14,916 nt of DNA from Oligoflexus sp. (GTDB taxonomy: Bacteria > Bdellovibrionota_B > Oligoflexia > Oligoflexales > Oligoflexaceae): NCBI GenBank assembly GCA_041736305.1, contig JBGSTX010000026.1:1-14916 (forward strand), given 5' to 3'. A program made the translations under genes and the position numbers. Of the stretch, positions 7,238 to 14,916 are shown in pieces. The stretch's first letter is position 1, and each line of letters opens with the position of its first letter. The notes under the pieces are model-generated. The model was not told where the DNA came from. It did not search any database and saw only the letters and a list, made by a program, of their open reading frames with translations.

Positions 7238-7827
7238 ACGAGCTGATTCGATCGCTAACACGGATACTGCCGATTCTCTCCTTAATCAGCTGTGGAACTG
7301 AGGTTGGCAATGGAAAAAGCGGATCTGAATCGACCGAGAAAACCAGTGGGGCCACCAGTCCTAAAGCTGCCACGGAAGCTGCCAGTCCTGAGACTATGCC
7401 CTCAAGCAAAGCACCTAATACGGATTCCTCGCTAGTCTATGCCAACGAATATTTCTTGCTGGCCAGCTGTGCTTCTCCCTTAGCTGAAAAGATGGAAGGC
7501 ACTTTCAGCGATCTTAGCCGCCAGCATAAAGTGAGCGTAATCAGCACGGACGTAGGCGCAAAAACGGTGAGTTGGACCGGGGGGGATCAATCGTATGCGG
7601 TCAAGGTACCACTTACACAGAATCCTTATGAGATCACTTCCACTCCAGCTGGACCGACTGTCAGCTGCGGCCTAGTCTATACAGCCAACATGAGTGGAAC
7701 ACGCTTGCAGAGGCTGACGAATCTCAGCAACGGCGCTGAATTGGTCTGGGAGATTGAAGCAGGCGCCGTGGTGAAAGTCTCGATCCGCTTTCCTCCTGAG
7801 ATTGGTATCGTTCTCTTCAAGGAGTGA
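7234..7827 (+). CDS. hypothetical lipoprotein (197 aa)
   Basis: ATG at 7234 overlaps the TIGR02147 TGA (ATGA), with SD AGAGGA at 7221-7226. MNELIRSLTRILPILSLISC gives lipobox LISC (Cys20), then GTEVGNG, an S/T/A/P/K/E-rich linker and a beta-rich domain. The ORF-track start at 7123 is too far upstream. Confidence 0.8.
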   Translation: MNELIRSLTRILPILSLISCGTEVGNGKSGSESTEKTSGATSPKAATEAASPETMPSSKAPNTDSSLVYANEYFLLASCASPLAEKMEGTFSDLSRQHKVSVISTDVGAKTVSWTGGDQSYAVKVPLTQNPYEITSTPAGPTVSCGLVYTANMSGTRLQRLTNLSNGAELVWEIEAGAVVKVSIRFPPEIGIVLFKE

Positions 7828-7861
7828 ACGAAAAGGCGACACTTAACTGCTGACTTCATCG

Positions 7862-7907
7862 TGGACAAAGCACTAAGTTTGCCATACGATGCAGCCATCA
7901 GTATAAC
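7862..7907 (+). promoter_or_regulatory. two overlapping candidate sigma70 promoters for ribB(X)-ribH-nusB
   Basis: TGGACA(7862-7867)-17 nt-TACGAT(7885-7890) and TTGCCA(7879-7884)-17 nt-TATAAC(7902-7907). Confidence 0.5.
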
Positions 7908-7974
7908 GACGCTATTTTGTCGTACTCGCTCTTTGAAATAAAATCCAGCTCCTTTGCCCTTGAGGATAGACACC

Positions 7975-9135
7975 ATGCAAATCGATCAGGAAAAACTCGT
8001 CGCTCGGGTTCATACCGCAATTGAGGTCATCAAAAAAGGTGGCATGGTCATCATGGTCGATGACGAAGATAGGGAAAATGAAGGAGATCTGGTATTAGCA
8101 GCTGAATGCGTCACAGCTCAGCACATTAATTTTATGGCGAAAGAAGCTCGCGGACTCATCTGCCTCACCTTAGATGCTCCCCTCGTCGATCGACTCAAGC
8201 TTCCGATGATGGCCGATACCACTAAACGCCTTCCCTACCAAGGCACAGCCTTTACAGTAAGTATCGAAGCCCGCGAAGGCGTTTCGACCGGAATTTCTGC
8301 CGCCGATCGCGCCCACACGATCAAGGTCGCCATAGATCCTGCCTCAACCCCTGAAGACATCGTCGTACCCGGCCATATTTTTCCACTCAAGGCCCGTTCC
8401 GGCGGTGTTTTGGAGAGAGCTGGCCATACTGAGGGCTCGGTTGATCTGGCTCGCATGGCTGGGCTGGGGGCAGCGGGCGTTATCTGTGAAATTATGAATG
8501 ACGATGGCACAATGGCTAGGATGCAAGACCTGGAAGCCTTTGCCGCCCGCCATGAGATTCCCATTGTCGCGATCGCCGATCTCATTCAGTACCGCCTCAT
8601 GCATGAGTCTATGGTCGAAGAGCTACGTCGCGAAAAAGTTCGAACTAGCCATGGCCTGATCGACGCCGTCCTCTTTCGGAGTACGGTCGATGGTCTGGAG
8701 CACTTTGCTCTAGTCAAAGGTGAAAATTTCGCGTCGAATCTGGTCGACGTACGGGTCCATACGCAACAGCCATTGCTCGATGTCTTCGCCGACCGCTTCG
8801 AAGGCTCAGGTCATCGCCTGCAACGGGGTCTCGATCTCCTCAAAGAGAAAGAGCGAGCCGTCTTTGTTTATTTGAATCATCCTGAAACCAGCTGGTTCGA
8901 AGAAATGAAAAGCCTGAGCACCGACACCCAAACCCACACCGATAATTTCGCTACTCCAAAACGCATGGATCTCCGTCTTCATGGAACTGGCGCCCAAATC
9001 ATTCGCCAACTCGGCGTCGAACGGATGCGTGTGCATAGCAGCTCGCCCATGCTCTTAAAAGGGCTCTCAGGCTTCGGTCTGGAAATAGTCGAAAACTGCA
9101 TTATCCAAAAACCAAGCGAAAAAAATAAGCGATAA
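7975..9135 (+). CDS. ribB: 3,4-dihydroxy-2-butanone-4-phosphate synthase fused to a degenerate GTP cyclohydrolase II-like domain (RibBX-type)
   Basis: Intact RibB motifs [48 protein letters not shown] and [12 protein letters not shown]. The C-terminal domain keeps VRVH, VYL and GAQIIRQLG but lacks the Zn cysteines. ATG at 7975 with SD GAGGA at 7962-7966. Confidence 0.93.
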   Translation: MQIDQEKLVARVHTAIEVIKKGGMVIMVDDEDRENEGDLVLAAECVTAQHINFMAKEARGLICLTLDAPLVDRLKLPMMADTTKRLPYQGTAFTVSIEAREGVSTGISAADRAHTIKVAIDPASTPEDIVVPGHIFPLKARSGGVLERAGHTEGSVDLARMAGLGAAGVICEIMNDDGTMARMQDLEAFAARHEIPIVAIADLIQYRLMHESMVEELRREKVRTSHGLIDAVLFRSTVDGLEHFALVKGENFASNLVDVRVHTQQPLLDVFADRFEGSGHRLQRGLDLLKEKERAVFVYLNHPETSWFEEMKSLSTDTQTHTDNFATPKRMDLRLHGTGAQIIRQLGVERMRVHSSSPMLLKGLSGFGLEIVENCIIQKPSEKNKR

Positions 9136-9153
9136 AAAGAACAGGAAATAAGC

Positions 9154-9585
9154 ATGAGCGTTCGTTATCTGATCGTCGCCTCCCGCTTTAATGAATTGGT
9201 GAGCCGCTCGCTGGTAACTGCGGCTGAAGAGGTTTTTACCGCCGCCGGAGTGAAAGAACTTCTCGATATCATCTGGGTGCCGGGTGCTTATGAAATTCCC
9301 GTCGTCGCCGCTCGAGCGGCACGCAGCAAACGCTACGGAGCAATCGTCTGCCTTGGGGCCGTGATCAAAGGTGAAACTGCCCACTTTGAATACGTTGCAG
9401 GCCCTGTGGCTTCGGCGCTCATGGGCGTTGGCGTCGAAACCGAGGTGCCGGTTATTTTCGGTGTTTTGACTACCAATACCGTCGAGCAAGCCCTCAATCG
9501 TGCCGGCCTTAAGCTCGGCAACAAAGGGGCAGAAGCTGCACACGCCGCTCTGTCGATGGCCCAAACCATGAAGCAACTGAGCTAG
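9154..9585 (+). CDS. ribH: 6,7-dimethyl-8-ribityllumazine synthase
   Basis: IVASRFN, WVPGAYEIP, LGAVIKGETAHFEYV, VIFGVLTT, EQALNRAG and NKGAEAA motifs. Confidence 0.97.
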   Translation: MSVRYLIVASRFNELVSRSLVTAAEEVFTAAGVKELLDIIWVPGAYEIPVVAARAARSKRYGAIVCLGAVIKGETAHFEYVAGPVASALMGVGVETEVPVIFGVLTTNTVEQALNRAGLKLGNKGAEAAHAALSMAQTMKQLS

Positions 9586-9604
9586 AGTCCTCAGGGAGTT
9601 TTTT

Positions 9605-10036
9605 GTGATTAAAGAAAATCATCCTCATGCCCAGGCCCGTGAATGGGCCCTGCAGTTTCTCTATCAGTGTGAAATCGAGAAGGTATACTTTTTCTCGGAA
9701 TCACACTTCGATCTCTTTACCAAGAGCTTCAGTATCGTGGGAAGTTCGACCAATTACCTGCGTCGCCTCATTGAGGGGGTCTTCCAGCATCTTCCTGACC
9801 TCAGCGAGAAGATCGAAGCTCTTTCGGAGCACTGGAACCTCTCGCGAATGCCCGTCATCGACCGCTGCATTCTTCGGCTAGCAGCTTTTGAACTCCTCTA
9901 CTCAGACACCCATAAACGCATTGTCATCAACGAAGCCATCGAACTGGCCAAGAAATATAGCACAGAAAATTCAGGCTCTTTCGTCAACGGCATTCTCGAC
10001 AAGCTAGCTCGCGAATCGGCTGAGACTGAAGCCTGA
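9605..10036 (+). CDS. nusB: transcription antitermination factor NusB
   Basis: AREWALQFLYQ, WNLSRMPVIDRCILRLA, VINEAIELAKKY and FVNGILD; canonical position after ribH. GTG start with SD GGGAG at 9594-9598. Confidence 0.95.
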   Translation: MIKENHPHAQAREWALQFLYQCEIEKVYFFSESHFDLFTKSFSIVGSSTNYLRRLIEGVFQHLPDLSEKIEALSEHWNLSRMPVIDRCILRLAAFELLYSDTHKRIVINEAIELAKKYSTENSGSFVNGILDKLARESAETEA

Positions 10037-10040
10037 GGCC

Positions 10041-11285
10041 TCAAAGCGCCAGGAAGCGGGCGACCGCCGTGCCTATAGCCTCGCGACTCGCCTCAACTTC
10101 CTGACACGCGAGCTTCTGGCTCTTAAAGATCGCATCGGTGTCTTTGAGCATGTGCCCCGTTAGTATAGCCACTACTTTTTCTCCTGGATCGATGAGCCCC
10201 GCCGCAATCAGTTCCTTCAGCCCAGCGAGGGTGGCTGCACTTGCGGGCTCGCAGCCGAGACCCGATCTGTCGATCACGGCTTTCGCAGCGAGAAGAGATT
10301 CATCGCTCACTGAGGCTACGAGTCCCTGGGTGTTTCTGATAGCTCGCATGGCCCTGGCAAAGTTCACAGGGTTGCCGATCCGAATCGCTGTAGCCACTGT
10401 TTCTGCAAGCATGGGCTCAAGAGATGTGAAATCACCCTTAAAACTGAGATGAAACGGATTGGCTCCGGCAGCCTGAATGGTCGCAATGCGGGGCTTTTTA
10501 CTTATCCAGCCCCACTGATAAGCTTCCTCAATGGCTTTGCCAAAGGCGCTGGTATTACCGAGATTGCCGCCTGGAACCACGATCCAGTCAGGCGCCTCCC
10601 ACTGCAGGTCCTGGAGGAGCTCCCAAATAATGGTTTTTTGTCCCTCGATTCGGAAGGGATTGAGCGAATTCACCATATAGACTTGGCCAGCTTCCGCCAA
10701 CTCTCGCACGATGCGCATGGCGTCGTCGAAGTCGCCCTTGACCGCCAATGCATGGGCTCCATAGCCCAAAGTTTGGGCCATCTTTCCAAGACTCACCTTG
10801 CCCGCAGGGAGAAAGACTAGAGCGTTTAATCCGGCACGGGCCGCATAGGCTGCCAGAGACGAGCTGGTATTTCCTGTTGAAGCGCAGGCCAGTAGCTTCA
10901 TCCCTAGTTTTTTAGCCACCGATACGGCTACGGTCATCCCTCTATCTTTGAACGAGCCGCTAGGGTTTTCGCCTTCGTGTTTGAGGGCGAGCTTTTGGCT
11001 TCCAGTCCACGCGCATAAATCAGGGATTTCATAGAGCCCGGTCTGACCCTCCTGCTGCGTGACAAGTTCTTGGGTTTCAAGTGGCGCTACCGCTTCACGG
11101 AATCGCCATACTCCGCTCTTATCCCAAAGCTTTCGGCTTTGCAGGCGCTGCTCCGTTACCTTAGGAAGATTTTTCTTATCCTGCGAATCATGACGAAGTT
11201 CAAGCAGACCTCCACAGCTGCAGCTGTAGCGCAGCTCCCAGACGGGAAACTTATTGTCACAAAGCAGGCACACTATTCCGGTCAT
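10041..11285 (-). CDS. thrC: threonine synthase with N-terminal zinc-ribbon-like segment
   Basis: PLP motif KHEGENPSGSFKDRG, ACASTGNTSSS, NSLNPFRIEGQKT, VPGGNLGN, TAIRIGNP, EPASAA and LTGHMLKD. ATGA overlap with thrB. Confidence 0.95.
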   Translation of the reverse strand: MTGIVCLLCDNKFPVWELRYSCSCGGLLELRHDSQDKKNLPKVTEQRLQSRKLWDKSGVWRFREAVAPLETQELVTQQEGQTGLYEIPDLCAWTGSQKLALKHEGENPSGSFKDRGMTVAVSVAKKLGMKLLACASTGNTSSSLAAYAARAGLNALVFLPAGKVSLGKMAQTLGYGAHALAVKGDFDDAMRIVRELAEAGQVYMVNSLNPFRIEGQKTIIWELLQDLQWEAPDWIVVPGGNLGNTSAFGKAIEEAYQWGWISKKPRIATIQAAGANPFHLSFKGDFTSLEPMLAETVATAIRIGNPVNFARAMRAIRNTQGLVASVSDESLLAAKAVIDRSGLGCEPASAATLAGLKELIAAGLIDPGEKVVAILTGHMLKDTDAIFKSQKLACQEVEASREAIGTAVARFLAL

Positions 11286-12193
11286 AGTAGAATCTCCGCA
11301 CCCCGAGTTCGAGGTTTAGCTATATGGAGGCTGGTCTCAGGTCCAAATACCTCTAAAAGAACGGCACCAACCTGCAGGGCCTGCGAGCGATCTGCTGTGA
11401 GAGCAAAGCAGGTCGGACCGCTTCCTGAGATAGAAAAGCCATAGGCACCAAGCTCGAGCGCACGGGCCTTTGCCTCATTGAATTTTGGAATGAGAGGACT
11501 CCTCGCCACCTCCGCAAAGGGATCCGTGAGTCCAAAGCGAAGCTGCTCGTGGTCACCGCTGGCTAGGGCTAAAGCCAGAGTCGTACAGTGGGCCATTTGC
11601 CTCGTCCAAGCTGCTGTGCTCAGTTGGGTTGGCAAAACCCGCCGTGCATCTTTAGTGTGTATCTTTATCGGAGGCGTAGCCAGGACCAGATACAGCTCTA
11701 GACCAAGCTTGATCGGATAAATTTTGAGAGTTTCGGTGTCTTGTACAAGCGTAAGACCCCCAAAGTAGCAAGGTGCTATATTATCCAGATGAGGGCCCGC
11801 AACATAGCTTTCTGCCTCAAGAGCAGCTCTGAGGATGAGGTCGGGGCGCTCTCCAACTTGAGCCAGTTCCGCCGCGGCCATTGCACCAGCGACACTGGAA
11901 GCCGCACTCGATCCGAGGCCTCCGGCAAGAGGCAAGGAACGCTGGAGCTTCACTCTGAAAGGGCGCGGCTTTATTCCAGCTAGTCGATAATATGCTTCAG
12001 CCGCAATAGTCACCGTATTACGCTCAGGCTCAAGCGGGACCGCCTCCGCGTCGCGTCCGGCAACCTCTATATGATAGGCCGCAGCTGGGCTAATTTCGAA
12101 GGAGTCACCGAGCCCATCGACGGCAAGCCCGAGGACGTCGAAACCCGATGCCACATTCCCAATTGTCGCTGGCGCAAAGACTCGAAAACTCAT
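11282..12193 (-). CDS. thrB: homoserine kinase (GHMP family)
   Basis: APATIGNVASGFDVLGLA, PLAGGLGSSAAS, HLDNIAP and ISGSGPT. ATGA overlaps with thrA and thrC. Confidence 0.96.
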   Translation of the reverse strand: MSFRVFAPATIGNVASGFDVLGLAVDGLGDSFEISPAAAYHIEVAGRDAEAVPLEPERNTVTIAAEAYYRLAGIKPRPFRVKLQRSLPLAGGLGSSAASSVAGAMAAAELAQVGERPDLILRAALEAESYVAGPHLDNIAPCYFGGLTLVQDTETLKIYPIKLGLELYLVLATPPIKIHTKDARRVLPTQLSTAAWTRQMAHCTTLALALASGDHEQLRFGLTDPFAEVARSPLIPKFNEAKARALELGAYGFSISGSGPTCFALTADRSQALQVGAVLLEVFGPETSLHIAKPRTRGAEILL

Positions 12194-14721
12194 CCTCTGC
12201 CCTCCCGTTCTTGGCTGCTGGCGATCGTAATAATATCATTGAGAACCCCTGCAGCGGTGACTTCGGCTCCAGCACCGGGTCCGGTAACGATCAGCGGATT
12301 GCTTGCGTAACGCAGCGTTTTGATACTCACCTGATTATCGGTACCTCGAAGCCTGCCGAGAGGCGAAGACCGACTCAATTCTTCGATGCCTACGACCACT
12401 TTTTCTCGACTGACACGCGCTACAAAGCGCAGGGTCGCATGGCGTTCATTGGCTTTCTTCATACGCTCGGCATAGGCGGCGTCGAGCTGGCTCAGGTTTT
12501 GAATAAATTCTAGAGGAACCTCATGGCTTAATTCCTTGGGGAAAAGGGGAGCCAGCTCGATATCTTCGAGGTTAATTTCCATCCCGATAGTCCTCGCCAG
12601 AATAAGAGCTTTCCTCGCTACATCGGTGCCCGAAAGATCATCCCGCGGATCCGGTTCCGTATAGCCCCTTTCGAAGGCACTTCGAACGGCGGCTGAGAAT
12701 GGCACTCCATCTTCAAGCTCAGTCATCAGAAAGCCGAGGGTACCTGAAAAGCAGCCGAGGATTTCTTGAACTTCATCACCTGCCACGGTCAGCTTTTCGA
12801 TCGTATCGAGCACAGGAAGGCCGGCACCCACGGTAGCCTCATAGCGAAGCTGAAGGTGATTAGCAGCAGCCAAATCCATAAGCTCCCGGTAGATAGGGTA
12901 AGCCACTGCCAAAGGCTTCTTATTGGCAAGTACGACGTGAAACCCACTTTGGAGCGCCTTCATGAGAATAGGAGCTGACTCGCTTGCCGTTAAATCAATA
13001 AATATCTGGCGATCCCAGGGACCGTGCCAAAGCTTTTGTTCGAGCTGTTTCTCTAGCTCTCCGGACGACGTTTTGCCACAGAGTTTCTGACCTTCTGTCT
13101 TGGTCTGGAGAAGTTCGGCGATTTGTCCTTCGCTGAACCCTTTTTCGGCTAAAAGGAGCCCCGAGCGGTCGACTAGTCCGATGACGGGACTTTTGAGTTT
13201 GAGCTTCTGCTCAAGATAGTCCTTTTGGTCTCGCAGCTGTCTCACGAGGGTCTGGCCAATCTGCCCGAAGCCAAATATCGTGAGATTCACCTCTCTGGGG
13301 TCGCGATGGGTCACAGCCCGCAGCTTTTCCAAACCGTATTCTTTATGGAGAGCTCTAAGGGCTCGAGCAGCTTCATCTTGATTGATAACAACGGATATAT
13401 TGAGTTCAGATGAACCCTGGGCGATAGCTATAACGTTGATCTGCTGACGCGCAATGCAAGAGAAGGCTCGAGCGGCAATCCCTGGCATCCCTCGCATGCC
13501 GAGCCCTACCACAGCCAGCACCGCGACCTGTGTCCCGAGCTTTATTTCGTCGATAAGGTGATGGTCGATCTCAAAGCGAAAAGCCTCTTCAAGGACTTTC
13601 TTTGCAAGCTGACCTTGATCGCCTGGAACTACAAAACTGATGCTGGCTTCGCTGGATGCCTGGGTGATGAAAGAAATCGAGATGCCATTCTGCGCGAGCG
13701 CGCCAAAGGTTTTTGAGGCTATTCCCGGCACTCCCATCATACCTTTGCCTTCGATCGAGATCAGTGACTGCCGATCTATGTAACTGAGGGCTTTGACCGG
13801 ATAGGCACCCTCGACGGCCGCAGCGGTAATACGGGTGCCGGGCTTCTCAGGAAAAAAAGTGCTTTTCAGCACGAGAGCGATTTTCTTCTCCACCAAGGGG
13901 ATGATGGCTCGGGGATGTAAAATCTTGGCTCCGTAGTAGGCCAGCTCGGTAGCCTCTCGATAATGTAACTCCGGAAGCACGCGAGCTTCGTAGACGTGCC
14001 GCGGATCAGCGGTCATAAGGCCGTCGACTTCTTTGTAAAGGACTACTTCCTTGGCGTTCAGGTAGGATCCTATGAGAGTTGCGGAGTAATCAGAACCACC
14101 GCGCCCCAGTATCATCACCTCTCCTTCTGGGCCTTCGCCAAAAAAGCCCGGCACGACTACGACTTTGTTTTGCGTCAGCATCGGTAGAATTTCGGCTGTG
14201 ACGGCGGTCCGAGACTTCTCGTCATCAGGAGTATATTCATGGCGGTCGCGATTGAGTTTGATCAGTCGGCTGGAATCGACCAGTACAGCGGGCGTTCCCT
14301 GCTCGTTCAAAGCTTCGCAGATAATGGCCGCCATAAGACGCTCCCCATAGCAAACCGTCTTCGAATGGGTACGGGGAGTTTCTTCCATAAGAATGGCTAG
14401 ACTTTCACTGATGCGTCGAAGCTCCTCGATCGCTTGTCGGATCGAGCCTTCAAGCTTAGAACGGCGAGTCCCTGGCGGTAGCGTTCCCTGAGCCAGTTGG
14501 AGATGCCTGTCTTCAAGGGATGCGAGTATAGGTAGATCCTCACCCTTTTGTCCCTTGACGGAACTCTGGTAGAGCCGATAGAGACTGTCTGTCACGCCAC
14601 TACTGGCGGAAACCACGACGCAGAGACCTTCTGCTTGGCTGGCAATGATAGATAAGACTTTTTGCAAGGTTTCAGGGCTGGCGAGCGAAGTACCACCAAA
14701 CTTGAAAACGCGACGTTCCAT
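12190..14721 (-). CDS. thrA: bifunctional aspartate kinase / homoserine dehydrogenase I
   Basis: Aspartate kinase motifs KFGGTS, LGRGGSDYSA and DGLMTADPR; two ACT domains (TQASSE, IAQGSSE); dehydrogenase motifs GFGQIG, ANKK, YEATVGAGLP, GYTEPDPRDDLSG and GPGAGAEVTA. Confidence 0.97.
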   Translation of the reverse strand: MERRVFKFGGTSLASPETLQKVLSIIASQAEGLCVVVSASSGVTDSLYRLYQSSVKGQKGEDLPILASLEDRHLQLAQGTLPPGTRRSKLEGSIRQAIEELRRISESLAILMEETPRTHSKTVCYGERLMAAIICEALNEQGTPAVLVDSSRLIKLNRDRHEYTPDDEKSRTAVTAEILPMLTQNKVVVVPGFFGEGPEGEVMILGRGGSDYSATLIGSYLNAKEVVLYKEVDGLMTADPRHVYEARVLPELHYREATELAYYGAKILHPRAIIPLVEKKIALVLKSTFFPEKPGTRITAAAVEGAYPVKALSYIDRQSLISIEGKGMMGVPGIASKTFGALAQNGISISFITQASSEASISFVVPGDQGQLAKKVLEEAFRFEIDHHLIDEIKLGTQVAVLAVVGLGMRGMPGIAARAFSCIARQQINVIAIAQGSSELNISVVINQDEAARALRALHKEYGLEKLRAVTHRDPREVNLTIFGFGQIGQTLVRQLRDQKDYLEQKLKLKSPVIGLVDRSGLLLAEKGFSEGQIAELLQTKTEGQKLCGKTSSGELEKQLEQKLWHGPWDRQIFIDLTASESAPILMKALQSGFHVVLANKKPLAVAYPIYRELMDLAAANHLQLRYEATVGAGLPVLDTIEKLTVAGDEVQEILGCFSGTLGFLMTELEDGVPFSAAVRSAFERGYTEPDPRDDLSGTDVARKALILARTIGMEINLEDIELAPLFPKELSHEVPLEFIQNLSQLDAAYAERMKKANERHATLRFVARVSREKVVVGIEELSRSSPLGRLRGTDNQVSIKTLRYASNPLIVTGPGAGAEVTAAGVLNDIITIASSQEREGRG

Positions 14722-14840
14722 TGCTTATTTCCCCTGGCCTTAAAGATACCGTGATCCCGACTTTTTAAGTTAAATACGAGCTTTGCGCTTGGATCGCAAG
14801 GCGCGAGACATTTCGATCAAAAGAGCCTGGAATTTATTGT

Positions 14841-14869
14841 AGCCTATGCAGAAATTCCTGGCTGGCCAA
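14841..14869 (-). promoter_or_regulatory. candidate sigma70 promoter for thrABC
   Basis: Minus strand TTGGCC (14869-14864), 17-nt spacer, TAGGCT (14846-14841). TACAAT (14841-14836) is an alternative -10. Confidence 0.35.
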
Positions 14870-14916
14870 AAAGCTCCATTCAGAAAGGCTAGTGATGCTT
14901 CTTCCCGTGCTCGCCA

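Noticed and set aside
7355..7389. Short direct repeats CCAGTCCT and AAGCTGCCA in the lipoprotein
   Set aside because: Explained by the low-complexity S/P/A/T linker; not an array.
4322..7974. Accessory block as a mobile element or defence island
   Set aside because: No integrase, transposase, att or target-site repeats, nuclease, or recognisable defence domain is visible.
8235..9576. Antisense ORFs over ribB(X) and ribH, including 9067-9576 (169 aa)
   Set aside because: Opposite-strand shadows of conserved genes with no independent support.
10138..14350. Plus-strand ORFs antisense to thrABC
   Set aside because: Shadow ORFs with no recognisable products.
14770..14916. Open minus-strand frame of 48 codons entering from the window edge
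   Set aside because: No recognisable motif and it overlaps the candidate thr promoter; it cannot be told from chance without flanking sequence.

Overview
Bacterial chromosomal housekeeping region. Gene order and a TIGR02147-family gene suggest a Deltaproteobacteria-like lineage, possibly Bdellovibrionota/Oligoflexia (inference only). An LpxH-like metallophosphoesterase (-) is divergent from acpP-rpiB-glyA-nrdR-ribE (+). A ~3.5 kb accessory block then separates ribE from the other riboflavin genes. It holds an XRE-HTH regulator with a C-terminal PAS-like domain, a probably secreted hypothetical protein and a GFA/CENP-V zinc protein (all -), plus a TIGR02147/DUF4423 gene translationally coupled to a lipoprotein (+). 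Next come ribB(X)-ribH-nusB (+) and a convergent thrA-thrB-thrC operon (-). Main observations: (i) the locus lacks the GTP/pyrimidine branch of riboflavin synthesis, with no ribD and a RibBA C-terminal domain that has lost its zinc cysteines; (ii) an HTH-PAS one-component regulator ends 7 bp from ribE; (iii) a repeated [CG]AGAAT[AT][CA].. motif lies upstream of the TIGR02147-lipoprotein pair and is a candidate operator. No rRNA, tRNA, CRISPR array, transposase or integrase was seen.
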